A stretch of 64,000 nucleotides of DNA. Origin: Squalus acanthias. Lineage: Eukaryota. Positions 1-11,780 of this stretch are shown one piece after another. The stretch lies in assembly GCA_030390025.1 (NCBI GenBank), contig CM059432.1:15688001-15752000 (forward strand). Direction: 5' to 3'. Every line of letters starts with the position of its first letter. The first letter of the stretch is position 1. Under the pieces are notes generated by a model. That model had not been told where the DNA came from. It saw nothing but the letters and a program-made list of their open reading frames with translations, and searched no databases. Position numbers and translations under genes: made by a program.

Positions 1-50
1 TTACTATGTTAAAGGAGCTATATAAATACAAGTTGTTGTTGTTGTTGTTG
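1..50 (+). mobile_element. L2-type LINE 3' tail
   Basis: ctatataaatacaag followed by (GTT)n, the same tail as the other L2 copies in the window. Confidence 0.75.
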
Positions 51-339
51 GAACAACTCTGGATGTGATTGTAACACTTTCCTTTGAAAAGTATTCATTT
101 TTACAGCACTGCCGTTCCTCGGTATTACCATTCCTGACAGGTTGTTTGTTAAGAAATAAAAAAAATAATAAAAGCAATAGAAGTAGAACTCTCCCAAAGT
201 ACGTTTGGTGGTGAGTGCATTGTCCAGTGTGGAACTGAGCAATACAGACCAGGACGTATAATCTCTGGTCAGTATGAAGTTAGTTGTTCTCAGCTTGGGC
301 TCCATTAGAACTTGTTGCAATTGGCCACAAAGTTCTTGG

Positions 340-520
340 GTTGGGAGGAGAAAAATCCAGTCAGGGTTCCCACTTCTAATTACTATCCAGTGATCTTATG
401 TTGGTTAGTGCTTGGGTATCATAGTTGGATAAAGACTGCAATGTCTGTGATAACTCTCTTGATCAAGTAGTCTGCTCATGCCCACTGACAGAGGTAGAGG
501 AGTACTGATGACATCTGGAA
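340..520 (+). mobile_element. Old unassigned SINE-like dispersed repeat (other degraded copies ~12830-12985 -, ~17380-17640 -, ~22990-23120 +, ~25900-26140 -, ~30170-30370 +, ~53490-53715 -)
   Basis: Shared degenerate core resembling cagggttcctgctcctgat...ctatccagtgaccc in all copies. Confidence 0.55.
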
Positions 521-654
521 TATATGTGGTAGAACAAATGCAGGACAGAGACACCAGTTGCTAGTTCATGAGCTTGCTTTACTAGGCCAGAGCGAACTGA
601 GCATGCTCATACTAAACCATGTGACAAACCATGTGCTAATACATTACAACACCC

Positions 655-714
655 ATAGAACTGTGCCCGTGGAGCTGTACCGATAGTACTGTGCCTGTGA
701 AACTGTGCCCATAG
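655..714. repeat. Degenerate 14-bp tandem repeat (~4 units, alternating as a 28-bp dimer)
   Basis: atagaactgtgccc gtggagctgtaccg atagtactgtgcct gtgaaactgtgccc atag. Confidence 0.6.
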
Positions 715-1141
715 GAGAGGAAGAGAGAAAATTGGAGAAATAAGAAGCAACAAGAGTTTCATATTTTTCTATCTGTTTATAGAAGTGACTCCCTCTCTAG
801 TGTCTAGACGGCTATTGACCACTTTAATCCAGACAATTGCAATCTTTCTCAAAACCAGGTCAGGGAAACTGGTAAAGGTGATGGTGGTTGTTATGTGTAA
901 CATTGTGTACAATGTGTAACAAATGCATTAGTAAAGATATCCTTTGTTTGCTATTTCTAACAAAATCATAACTCCTACACATAGCGAACAGAGGGATCCT
1001 TACCCCCAGGTTTTTACTTTTATTAAGCATGTCATCGTAGATCATTATAGATTGTAGCCGAGGTTTGATATCGGCTAGAGACTTGGACCCCCCTCCCCCC
1101 GCCCCAAACCGTTTAAAGATTGACTCTTTTCTTTTCATCAG

Positions 1142-1312
1142 GTCTTTTCCCAGCCATCCTGAATCTTGCCAGCAATGCTGTGATCTCCACCAACGCAACC
1201 TGCGGTGAAAATGGCCCCGAGATGTACTGTAAGCTGGTTGAACATGTTCCTGGGCGGCCAATACGCAACCCGCAGTGTCGTATTTGTGACTTGAACAGTG
1301 CAAATCGTAAAG
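1142..1312 (+). CDS. LAMA1: Laminin alpha-1 coding exon (LN domain start; probably exon 2)
   Basis: (G)LFPAILNLASNAVISTNATCGENGPEMYCKLVEHVPGRPIRNPQCRICDLNSANRK; polypyrimidine + cag acceptor ending 1141, gtaaat donor at 1313; 171 bp, phase 1-1. Confidence 0.95.
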
Positions 1313-1346
1313 GTAAATAACTTATGAAGTGTGTTTGTGACATATT

Positions 1347-2178
1347 GGGCGCGATCTTGCCAGCCCTGGGGAGGCGGGACTGCCGGGAAAATGGCAGAAT
1401 CTGGGGGCGGGTACCCATCCCGCCCCCAACCTGCCTCCGTGCCATCTTCCCAGGAGGTGGGTACCCGACCTGTGCCGGGTCCCGTCTCCTGGAGGCGGGA
1501 AGGGGATTACAGCCACTTAGCTACCTGTTAACAGGTAATTAACAGGTAGTTAAGAGGATTATCCCCATTTTTCCAGCAGAGGTGTGGGCTTCCCGACGTT
1601 GGGAAACCCCACCGGGGTCACCGAGGCGAGCAGTGGGTCTGCGGGGTTCGGAGGGGTGCTAAAGTGCGCTGTGGAGGTGAGTGATGGGTGCAAGTGTGGA
1701 GAGGTAAGTAGGTGAGGTGAGTGAAAAGCGATAGAAAATGTTTACTTACCTTTGTTTCTTCCTGCAGACTTCAACAGTTGGGGATGCGGAGAGTCTCGCA
1801 TCTCACTGGCAGAGATGACAGATGGCTGCTGCATTCTCCGATGCAACAGCCATCTAATTTCTGCTCACAAAAGAGGTTTAATGAGTCTTGAATACAAGGA
1901 CTGATCAAACAACAGAGAATGTCAGTGTCTGACAGCTTCACAGAGCTGTCAAACGATGACAATTCATCTGTCAAAGTTTTTGACAGATGAAACATCATAC
2001 GCTGACGTTCTCTGTGCCCGGCTTCCCCTTAATTGGCCTGCTAAGCCCGCTGGCCGGGCTTAACAAGGTCAATCAAGGGAAAATAGCGTGGGTTGGCCAC
2101 AAGTTGATGGAGGCGGGACTAAAACCTGACAAGCAGCAGTCCCGCCTCCAAAAGCTCCCCATTGACAAAATCGCCCCC
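1347..2178. mobile_element. Non-autonomous GC-rich DNA transposon (Harbinger-type MITE)
   Basis: TIRs gggcgcgatcttgcca / tgacaaaatcgccccc (13/16 match); 3-bp flanks att/atc. Confidence 0.65.
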
Positions 2179-4011
2179 ATCATGTCCATTTGACCAAGTG
2201 TGATAATGGCTCCTAGACCATTTAGTAGGAAGTGAGGTATTGCGTATAGTTATGAGACTTTTTATTCTTAACAGCGACTGTTTTTGATCTCTTTTAATGG
2301 GGATTTTTCCTTGCTGTTTTAAATACTGATTTCTTGCTGGGTTGGGGGAAGTGGTTGAGTGTTACAATTCTCAAAGTTAATCCTGCATCTGTTAGTTAAA
2401 GGTGAAGTTTTTCTATCCTCAGACAATTATTTTCCCTACCGTCCAACAGAAAACCAATATAATGTAATTAACCAGAGAATTTAGACAAATACTGTTCCCA
2501 ATACTAGTAATTCTTTCCCTTGCCCCAGAATCAACTGGTGATAATTGTTCTGGTTATTATTTGTAGTCACATCAAAGATACATTCAAAATGAACACCGTT
2601 CATAATGGCCAGCTTATGCCCGAAGTTTAGGAAAATGGTACTCTATAACATCTGCTGTGATAAATTAGGGTAGATTTTAGTCTGAGGGGCACTGTGCTTG
2701 TCAGCGGAACAGATCCTGTGGTTTTCATGCCCTTTAACATTTGCATGTCCCAGGCGCACTCCTGGAACAGGCCTTCCTCCTGGCCGGGCCTAGCATCAGT
2801 AAACAGGACAGGAAATAGGAGCGCAGGTCAGAGGTCGTACTACTGCCTGTTGGCATCTAGGAGAGCAGGAGCCGGAAGGCCCGAGGCCTGAAGGTCATCC
2901 TGAGGGGAAGGGGAGATGAAATCTCGACAGACCTGCTTCTTTCTGTTTGATCTTCGGGCTGCCCTCAGTATCCTCGCAGACCTTCCGTTCGAGGGGCCCC
3001 TGGTGTAAATCTTGGTCCAGGTTTCTTCAGGCAACCCTCTGCCGGGGTGCCCAACGGTCCCACAAAGCGAGGCAGGAGACCGGGAGCACCACTCCTGCAG
3101 CATTATCAGTGTTATCTGGACGGGCGCAGGACCAACGTTGTCAATTTGGAAGACTCAGAAAATCCCAGAGCAGCGAGTTGAGAGAAGGAAACGGGCTTTG
3201 AAAACAGGCACAGCAAAGAGGAAAAACCACCATCGAGGTCTCTATTGAACCTGAACAAGGACAAGATTAACGCCACCGTCGTTCACTGATAATACATGCT
3301 CTTTTGACATCGTGCATCAAATGCTGATACTACAAAACTAAAATGCACTGACACCAAATCTACAAATGATATTGAAATAAAGATTACTGGTAATGGTACT
3401 ACAACATTTTTGGAGCAACTTCTGTTAGTCCTCTAATATTGTAAATCTTTGTTTTAACAGTTTGACACAATAGGGGGAATTTTAACTCTCTGGGCTGGAT
3501 TTTGCCAGGCCCGAGGAGGCGGGATTGGAGGCGTGTGAGGTGTTAAAATCGCAAAAAATGGCGGCCAGCTCCGATCCCGCCTCCAAGCAATTTTCCCAGA
3601 ATCGGGGTTTCAGATCCCATTTCCATCCCATCTCCAGGAGGTGGGATAGGCCCTTAAGGCCCTTAACAACAAGTTAATTGCCTCTATAATCCCATTTTGA
3701 AAGGCCTTTCTGATTTTTAACACATTTCCCCCATCCTGCACGTCTCCTCTGGAACATGCCAGGTAATCCTGGTGGCCTCACAAGTGGATGGCTTACTAAC
3801 AGCTGCAGCTCCACCATTAAAAAGGAGTTTTCACCAAGGATCATTTGCAGGTGGCAGAACTTTGTTGTCTCAGGTCTGGGGGGACTTTTAGCAGGCCTAC
3901 TCATTGTTGTGGAAGTTTGGAGCCTGAGACCCATCTCCAGTGTGACCTCCTGGGAAACCCCTCTCCCCACCTTGACTGAGTGCTTCCTCAACTGAGGCAT
4001 ATACCAGAAGC

Positions 4012-4232
4012 ATGGGAACCATTCATTTCCTTTCCTCCTGGACATCAGATTTGGACGAAGACCAGCTGCGGCAACAGCAGAACCATGAACAACAGCAGCA
4101 CCAGCAGCAGCAGCAGCAACAACAGGAGCACCAAGCTGCTGTTCACCCACCTGAAACTGCACAGGCCAGAAGGCGCCAGCGCGCGACCACATTGCTGCCA
4201 GGGATGCACTGATGTTGGCCAGATTTGCTTAG
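4012..4232 (+). pseudogene. Vestige of Harbinger transposase (Gln-rich N-terminus abutting the C-terminal HIAARDALMLARFA*)
   Basis: ATG at 4012 and a CAG-rich stretch; in a shifted frame, a C-terminal peptide resembling HARBI1-type ends; convergent with the Myb gene. Confidence 0.5.
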
Positions 4233-4490
4233 CCTGCACAATCAAACACTTTTGCCTCGCACCTTCTTACCAGAACATCGACAATGGACAAGAACCTACG
4301 GATTCCTATCACTCTGACCACCATACTGACAATTGCAAGTCGCACTAAGCCCTCAATGTGGAAGTCCCATTTGCGAGATGACACAGGCCACAACTTCAAC
4401 AGTTTGCCATCAAATCTGTTTATCATCACATTACAAGGATGGCTTGTCAAAAAACAATACAACAGAACACCCAAGTGACTACCCTTGTGA

Positions 4491-6433
4491 CTACTTGTGC
4501 TTTATCTTCCTCTTACGCATGCTCCTACGTGGTGCTTCCCCTGTGGCTTCAGCAGATGTGGAGGCCCCTTGCTCACTTTCTTGCTGCTCCTGTCTCGACA
4601 CCTTTGGCGGGCGTCCTCTGGAGTTGCGAGCCTGTGAGGGCTCGGCAACAGTCTGCTGCTCCTGCGGCTGTGCAGGGGCTGAGATGCCCATCTCAGTTGG
4701 GTGAGGACTCTGGTGGGGCTCTGACTAAGGGCTTTGCAGTGGCATGGTCGTGTGAGCGCTTGGAGAGGAGTCCCCACTTCCTTGTTGTCTGCCACCAACA
4801 TCCCTCTCATGGGTCAGCCCCATTTCAGAGCTAGCAAGTGGCTTGACAGCACCTTGCTGCACTTCAGGGGTGCCATGAGGACCCGTTTCTGCACTGGAAG
4901 TCCTATCCAGAGGACTTCCATGAAAGTATTGGTTCTCTGCTCAATAGCTGACCATCGCTCCTCAAGAGATGTCAGTCTATTCTGAACAATGACCATGTTT
5001 TCAACATTCTGGCGACTTAGCTCCTCCATGGCCGTAGCCATCCTCTCCTCTACCGTAGCCATCCTTTCCACGGAGGTTGCCATCCTTTCCGTGGTGATGC
5101 ATTCATGCGCCAATGCCTCCACAAAGGCTCTGCTCATGTTTGCGATGGACTCCTCTATTCGCTCCACACTCGCAGCGACCCTGGAGACAAAAGCTGCCAG
5201 AGACTCCTGCACCTATTCCTGGAGTTCCAGCACCGCTCTCCTTCTGGATGGACCCGGAGGCACAGGGTCGACATGCAGCTGAGCCGAGCTGGGAGAGTCC
5301 TGCGCCCTCTGACGAGGACTCTCCACTGCTGTCCCTGTCTCCACCATCTGCTGATGCTCACTTGTGAGCTGTGATACACCAGGTGCCAACACTACTTTAT
5401 CTCGCGAAGGTCCCACCAAGGTGTGAGTGTCTGCGCTGGTGCTGGGTGCGCTGAATTCTGCTGACGCTGCGCCCTCAGAGGTTGCAGCTTCCTCTGAGGA
5501 GTCTTGCAGCTCAGGCTCTTCCTCCTGGACAGTGGGGACGGGGGCTGTCGATGGTCCTGTGGTGGAGTAAAGGAAAGTGTTAGAGATGTGAGGTAAAGGT
5601 TGCATGCACATTGAATTGTGCAGATGATCATAAGTCAATCTGTTAGAGCATCAGATTCATTATCAGTCAATCATGCAATGTCAATGAGAGAGATACTAAA
5701 CTATTCTGTCACCAGCTTGCTGTGATGCGCCCATCTGTCCATCCCCCATTTGCGAATCTTCCTCGACACCGGCAATTTCCAGGGCCGCCTCCTCCGAGGT
5801 GGTGAGCTGGGCTACTGAGGGTGGCCCTCCTCCTGTCCTCACTCTTTCCCTCTTATTGTGGACTCTCTTTTCCTGCAATGAGGGACACAAGTGGAGTTTG
5901 AGTGAGAATGAAGGAGTGAGTGTAGAGAATGCACAGTATAGATGCTTAGAAGGAGACAAAGGGCCCTCGCTGTGTGTTGTAAGTTGTTGTCATTGCATCA
6001 CAGTGATAGGGAGTGTGAGGGCTGCATGGTCGAATAGTTAAGTGAATGTGACCATAGAGAGAGAGAGGGAATGGGTAAGGGTGCAGGGATGTAAGTGTCA
6101 AGTGGGATGTGGAGGAAGAGGTTGGCAAAGCAGAGTGCTGGTGAGGAGAGGCAATGGGGATCAGATTGAGGGTGATGGGAAAGTCATACTCACTTTTCCT
6201 GTGCGGAGAAGGTCATGAAACCTCTTCCTGCACTGCAGCCAGGTTCTGCGGCACATAGAGATTGAGTTGACCTCCTGGGCCACTTGCATCCACACAGCTT
6301 TAGTCTGCTGGGGAGGCTTTTTCCTCCCTTAGGAAGGGAAGAGCATCTCTTTATTTGCTCTTGCTCCCTCCACCAGAGCTTGGAGGGAGGCCTCATCGAA
6401 CCTTGGAGCACACTTTGGCCTACTGCTGGACAT
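4491..6433 (-). pseudogene. Harbinger Myb/SANT-like DNA-binding protein gene, 3 exons (6433-6194, 5872-5713, 5556-~4491), with premature stops
   Basis: Exon 1 MSSSRPKCAPRFDEASLQALVEGARANKEMLFPS*GRKKPPQQTKAVWMQVAQEVNSISMCRRTWLQCRKRFHDLLRTGK|gtgagt; exon 2 EKRVHNKRERVRTGGGPP...; exon 3 has a coiled-coil-like ERMAT repeat and a basic C-terminal RGRPPK...RRSMRKRKIKHK; GT-AG junctions keep frame; stops at 6329-6331, 5213-5215 and 4814-4816, and a frame change before the last segment. Confidence 0.85.
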
Positions 6434-8081
6434 AGTTGATGAATGAAGCGATCACAACATTGGGCATAAAGTTTAAAGTCTCCAGAAGAAGCAAGGCTGC
6501 TTGTAGGCCTTAAATCCAGCAGCATCGATGACGTCATCGGAGGCGACTTTCTGTATGAAAAGACTCATTGGGCCAGGGGTTTCCACACACTGGAAATCAA
6601 GTGCCCAATTAGGGCAAAATCGCACTCTTTTTTTCCCCCACTTCACATCAGAGTCGGGGTCCTGACACGAAAACCACCTGACACGCCCCCAGCCCGCCCC
6701 CAATGGCAAAATCGATTCCTCTATGTCTGGCAAAAACCAGGCGGAATGAGAGTTACACTTGAGAAGCTGTACATGCCGCTCCGTTCCCACGCCGCAGCAG
6801 GATTAATCACGCTGTTTTCACCAGCCGCCTGACTCCGGCCGGAGCCTCATTAATGTAAGCCAATCGAGGGCCGATGATTTACGCAGGAGCGCAATGTCAT
6901 TTTAACGCCGTACTGAGCGGGGCTATCGGGGGAGAGGCGGAGGCTCTGAAACACAAGCTCCGCTATTTACGGGGAGGCGGAGGCCAAAGACCCCGGTGAG
7001 ACCGGGGGACGCGGAGGTCCTGTCGGATTTAACGGCAGGACCTCATTATAATTTTTTAATTCCGTTTCCCACCCAGCAACCGACCAGGCTGGCCGGCTGG
7101 GACAAACTAGCCGGGGACCCTTGGCGATGAACCCCGGCAATCGGGAGGCTGCAGATTGGGGTGGGGGGGGGGGGGTCGGAGGTCGCCGATCGCGGCAGTG
7201 GGGGGAGAGAGAGGCCGCGATCGGCAGAAGGGAGGCCGTGGCTTCTTTGAGGGACCAGGGGAGAAGCACCCCTGCTCCTCCTGGCCCACAAGGAATGATG
7301 TAAAAGGCACTTACCTTCTTGAACTGGCAGCTCCCGCCTCCCTTTTGTTGCCGTGGGAAACCCTTGCGGCAACTGTTAAACTTACATCAGGCGCCCAATT
7401 GCTCTGTGGAAGCCTGATTTTAATATGTTAATGAAGTGCCCCGCCTCTCCAAGACGGGACACTCTCGCCACGCTACCTGCCGGCGTTAAAAAATGGCGAC
7501 AGGCGCGTGCACGTCGGTTTGGAGTCGCATTTCATGTTTTTTAGGGTTTAACCCCACCCCCACCCCCAAGATGGCCTCCTGCCTGTCGTAAGGAGCTTAA
7601 TATCAAGGCCGTAATTTCTTCGTGGGGCCTGGAGGAGCAGGCGTGTTTCTCCGGGCCCAATAAGGAAATGTCTGGGCCTCTGCTGCCCCCGACCCTCTCC
7701 ACCTGCACAACCCTGCCGAGCCCCCCCCCCCCTCGCGACGTACCACCGTGCCAGGGACGGCCTGTGTCCGCCCAGTCTTTGCCAGCTGGCCGACTGCCTC
7801 TTTCCGCCCGTTTCAGGTGGTGCGGGATGGAAATTAGGCCCGGCCATTAATATCGGCCGGCCCGCCCGCAGAGACTCCCGGGCAGGCGGGCACTGCCTGC
7901 CACCCAGGTGTTAAAATCCCCCCCCCCCCCCCCCCCCCGTCCCAAATGTGTAACTATCTGCCATTTTATCAGAATGAGCCACAATAATGAAGAGGAGGAA
8001 GGTGGAAAGACAGACTGAGGGAGGATGCAGACAATTCGAAGGAAAAATAAATACTTCTCTTTTTTTGTGCCGTATCTGTAG

Positions 8082-8194
8082 AGCGACATCCGATAATGAG
8101 TGCGATAGATGGAACCAATAATTGGTGGCAGAGTCCTAGTATCCAGAATGGCAGGAAGTATCACTGGGTGACAATTACCCTGGACCTGAGACAG
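8082..8194 (+). CDS. LAMA1: Laminin alpha-1 coding exon (probably exon 3); not in the ORF track
   Basis: Read manually: (E)RHPIMSAIDGTNNWWQSPSIQNGRKYHWVTITLDLRQ; tag acceptor ending 8081, gtgagg donor at 8195; joins the previous exon in frame; TNNWW/IQNGR/YHWV residues are LAMA1-type rather than LAMA2-type. Confidence 0.95.
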
Positions 8195-8363
8195 GTGAGG
8201 AGAAATAAATAAATAAATAAATGAACCTCTTTACACATTGATATCTTTTTTGCTACATACATTCTTTAAATGCACCTCCTCAATACTGGCCTTTCAATCA
8301 ATTCCTGCGACAGATCAATGTCTGGGACAAATGCTAACCACACTAACGAAATTTATGTTCTAT

Positions 8364-8554
8364 AATAACAAAAGATGCTGGAAACACTCAGCAGGTCAGG
8401 CAGCATCCATGGAGAGAGAAACAGAGTCTGTGACCCTTCAACCTGAAACATTAACTCTGTTTCTCTCTCCACAGATGCTGCCTGACCTGCTGAGGGTTTC
8501 CAGCATTTTCTGTTGTTATTTCAGATTTCCAGCATCCACAGTATTTTGCTATTG
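8364..8554. mobile_element. Small head-to-head inverted Penelope-like 3'-end fragment (hairpin)
   Basis: Arms 8364-8427 and 8454-8520 are near reverse complements; 14-bp TSD aatttatgttctat at 8350-8363 and 8555-8568. Confidence 0.7.
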
Positions 8555-8649
8555 AATTTATGTTCTATGTTTGGCAAGAAAACCAAGCTGTATTCAGTGT
8601 TGTTACAGTGGTGGTATCATCGCTTGTGTTCTGATTAGAAAGAGGGAGG

Positions 8650-9058
8650 AACTGGCATTCATGTAGCACCTTTCATGTTGTCAGGACCTCCCAAAGTGCT
8701 TCACAGCCAATTAAGTCCTTTTGGAATGTAGTTACTGTTCTAATACAGAGGAATGTCACAGCTTGGTCACTGCAATGAGATGAAGGACCAGATCATCAGT
8801 CTTGGTTGAGGGATAACGGTTGGTCAGGACACAGACAACTTCATTGCTCTTCTTTGAATAGTACCATGGGATTTTTGACATCTACCCGAAAGGGCCTCTG
8901 TTTAACATCTTACCTGAAAGGCAATGCCTCTGACAGTGTAGCACTCTCTCAGTACCGCACTAAGGTATCAGCACTGCACTGAGGTGTCAGCCTAGATTAT
9001 GTGCTCAAGTCTCTGGAGTGGGTCTTGAACCCATTGACCTTCTGACTCTGACCTGAGA
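8650..9058 (-). mobile_element. Older DeuSINE (SacSINE1-like) copy
   Basis: Degenerate reverse complement of the SINE at 13896. Confidence 0.75.
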
Positions 9059-9221
9059 CTCTGACTGATATTTTCACTGAATGACAAGGTTGTCCTCTCA
9101 CAGAACATGTTCAGAGCCATGGTGATGATGGGCTTGAAATCATTCTGTTCCAATGTTTTCGTAGCTTCTATTTTTTTTAAAATGATCATGACCTGTTCTT
9201 TCAGTGGTGTTTCAGAAATTG

Positions 9222-9373
9222 CAAGCACCCTGCCCACCCGCCCCTTCAACCACCGTCTGCCCCACCTGTGACAGAGACTGTAGGTCCCGCATTGGACTCA
9301 TCAGTCACCTGAGAACTCCTTTTTAATGTGGAAGCAAGTCATCCTCGGTTCCGAGGGACTGCCTAAGAAGAAG
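9222..9373 (+). mobile_element. RTE (BovB-like) LINE 3' end
   Basis: Matches 39826-39955; ends gagggactgcct(aag)n. Confidence 0.8.
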
Positions 9374-9864
9374 TTCTCGTGCGACACTGACTGGTTTCTT
9401 GTACATTTCAGACAACATGGCTTATCTATTGTACTTTTAATTGTGCTGGTTGACGAGCTACAGGTTACCAATACCGTTACCAATCCTCTCGAGCGATTGT
9501 ACGCTGGCTCCATGGATCTTAACCAACAAATTAAAAGTGATATAAAGAGGAACAACTACCTCTACAAATCCTGCAGGGTGAAAGAGGAAAGGGTCTCTGG
9601 GATGAATATAAGAAAATGTGGAAACACATCAAAAATTTGCCCAGAGGGACAAAGAGGAACCGAGAATGAAGAACAGCAGCAGAGGCTAAACACAACAGCT
9701 TAAAAACTTAACAACAATAAGAGGGTAGTCCGGGAAGAGGCAAATGATGCACACAGGCTTGAAACCGAGGAGGAACAAAAAGTAGTAAATAATCGGATTA
9801 ATTACTTCCTCCTGATATCCATTAGGGAAGATATGAGTAACTAGTTCTCTCCAAACAGAGATAA

Positions 9865-10035
9865 TATATTCAAGGCTGAGATAGATACATTTTTGGACTC
9901 TAGGGGAATCAAGGGATAAGGGGATCGGGCGGGAAAGTGGAGTTGATGTAGAAGATCAGCCATGATCTTATTGAATGGCGGAGCAGGCTCGAGGGGCTGA
10001 ATGGCCCACTCCTGCTCCTAATTCTTATGTTCTTA
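9865..10035 (+). mobile_element. CR1 LINE 3' end, possibly within an older CR1 remnant at ~9520-10130
   Basis: atattcaaggctgagatagat...gaatggcccactcctgctcctaattcttatgttctta tail. Confidence 0.8.
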
Positions 10036-11309
10036 AGCAAATTAATTGACCAATATAAATGAGGTGGAAGTTCCAGAAAGGCTAAAAGGGCACAAAGCAA
10101 AGATAAACCTGCAGCAGAAACTCACTCTGTCAAATTTCACTCTGCCTGGAAGAACAGGAACAGACAACAAGAATAAAGTAAATCATTATAGTTGGGCTAG
10201 AGGTGTTGGCTTGGGAGAGGTAGCATGGAGCCGGCAGCTATAGTGCATACCACCTGGGGTTAAGCTGGGCAAAGAGGTCAGGTAACATTAGGAAGCGTAG
10301 AGAGAGGCCACTTCTACTGGGAAGCGGGTCAGGGTCAGGCCGAGCAGGTCAGGACCTTAGCGAGTGTGGCGCTCGGGGAAGGGCATTATGGGTTAGGCAT
10401 AGCAGAGCGGTTGAAGAGATTGATACCCGTCTTGTGCAATAGAAAAAGTTATTAAATGTAGAAAATTAAGAATAAATTAAAAAAATCAATGTGCTCTTAA
10501 GAAACCGCAGCATTTCCTGATTCACACGCGTCAATCAGCAACCTTACAGTCTTATTACAATATTACATTGTATGATACTAGGCATACAATATAACATTAC
10601 AGATACTCAGAATGAACACCTTTAACAATAGACAGAGATATGTTTGATTCCTTTGCAGGCAACTATTTCAATACACTGGGAGATCTGTTCATTCACCATT
10701 AGCAGTTTGAGGTGCAGGCATTGCCCGACAGTGCTGTTATATGAGCACTTGTGTGTTTATGCAGGGTGGTTTTGGAGGTGCAGTGTAACGAGAGTCAGGA
10801 GACTCTCTGGACTCTCATCACCTTGGCTTTGCCTGTATTATAACTCCAACTAGATGCAAAGGCCCATCTTAAAAGTGCCGTGTGAACTTTTCAAGCTTAC
10901 GATGGAATCTCTCTAATAGGGAAGAGCGGGCCCGCACACGGTTTGTTGCTGAGCTCAGTGCGAGGTGCAACTTTTCCACATAAGTCCGATCTGCCAACTG
11001 TGCCTCACATTGCACAGATACTGGTCTGCGACTGGTATAACCGCAGCCTTTTTCATCCGATTTAGATTTCACAACCATTTCTACCGCAGTATTGGCACAG
11101 AGTGCTCTAACTGCACTCTGTTTACATGCTGCGCTGCCTTGTTTGTTCGATGGACATGTCTCCAACGCAAGCATGTCATGAGTGTAAACCGAGCAGCGAA
11201 CCCCACTCTCGGCCATCACCAGGGGGAGGCAAGAGGCACCGCTCCTTGGAGCTGGGTGGATGAGCAACTTTCCGTTATTGCCATTATCCTGCTTTTCTCC
11301 ACATGGTCA

Positions 11310-11780
11310 TAGCATCATAAAACTTGCAGCGTAGCCGGAGGCCATTTGGCCCATCAAGCTTGTGCCGCTGCTAGCTCTTTAACAAAGCTATCTCCCTTTT
11401 AAAAAAAAAAAAGATTTCCTGCCCTTTACCCACCTTTTTTAAATACTTATCCAATTCCCTTTTAAATGGTGTTCTAGTTTCTGCCACAATAGCTGCTTGT
11501 GGTAAAGCATTCCATGCTCTTATAATCCTTTGTGTGATAAAACCTCTCCAGTCATTCGGAGTCCATTCCCCCCTCCCTTGTTGCCTCCTGTTATGAATTT
11601 GCCAACCAATTGAAGCAACCTTGCACTATTTACCCTGAAAGCCTCCGTTAAATCCCCATTGACCTTCTGTGCTGCAGTTTTGAAAAAAAAATATCCAATC
11701 TTTTGAGCCTTTCTTCACAACGATAATTTCTCATTCCTGGTATCATTCAGTCAATCTTTGCTGAACCCTTTCCTGGCAAT
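11310..11780 (-). mobile_element. Old CR1 3' fragment
   Basis: ggaggccatttggccc tail and degraded ORF2-end sequence. Confidence 0.55.

Larger units (their letters stand above)
3492..6719. mobile_element. PIF/Harbinger transposon, internally deleted (Myb gene retained, transposase vestigial)
   Basis: TIRs gggctggattttgcca / tggcaaaatcgattcc (13/16); 3-bp TSD TCT at 3489-3491 and 6720-6722; Myb/SANT gene on the - strand. Confidence 0.85.
3473..7610. mobile_element. Outer GC-rich non-autonomous DNA transposon hosting the Harbinger at 3492-6719 (right boundary uncertain, 7610 or ~7935)
   Basis: Left end gggggaattttaactctct resumes after 6722; gttaaaat-type ends near 7600 and 7910. Confidence 0.4.

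Noticed and set aside
18..320. ORF ending in poly-Gln
   Set aside because: The Gln run is the reverse reading of an L2 (GTT)n tail
340..520. Naming the old dispersed repeat LF-SINE
   Set aside because: It does not match the LF-SINE consensus as I recall it; left unassigned
655..714. CRISPR-like or functional repeat array
   Set aside because: Short adjacent degenerate units without spacers, in a vertebrate intron
860..1542. Several overlapping ORFs around the first exon
   Set aside because: Antisense or alternative-frame shadows of the LAMA1 exon and the adjacent GC-rich MITE
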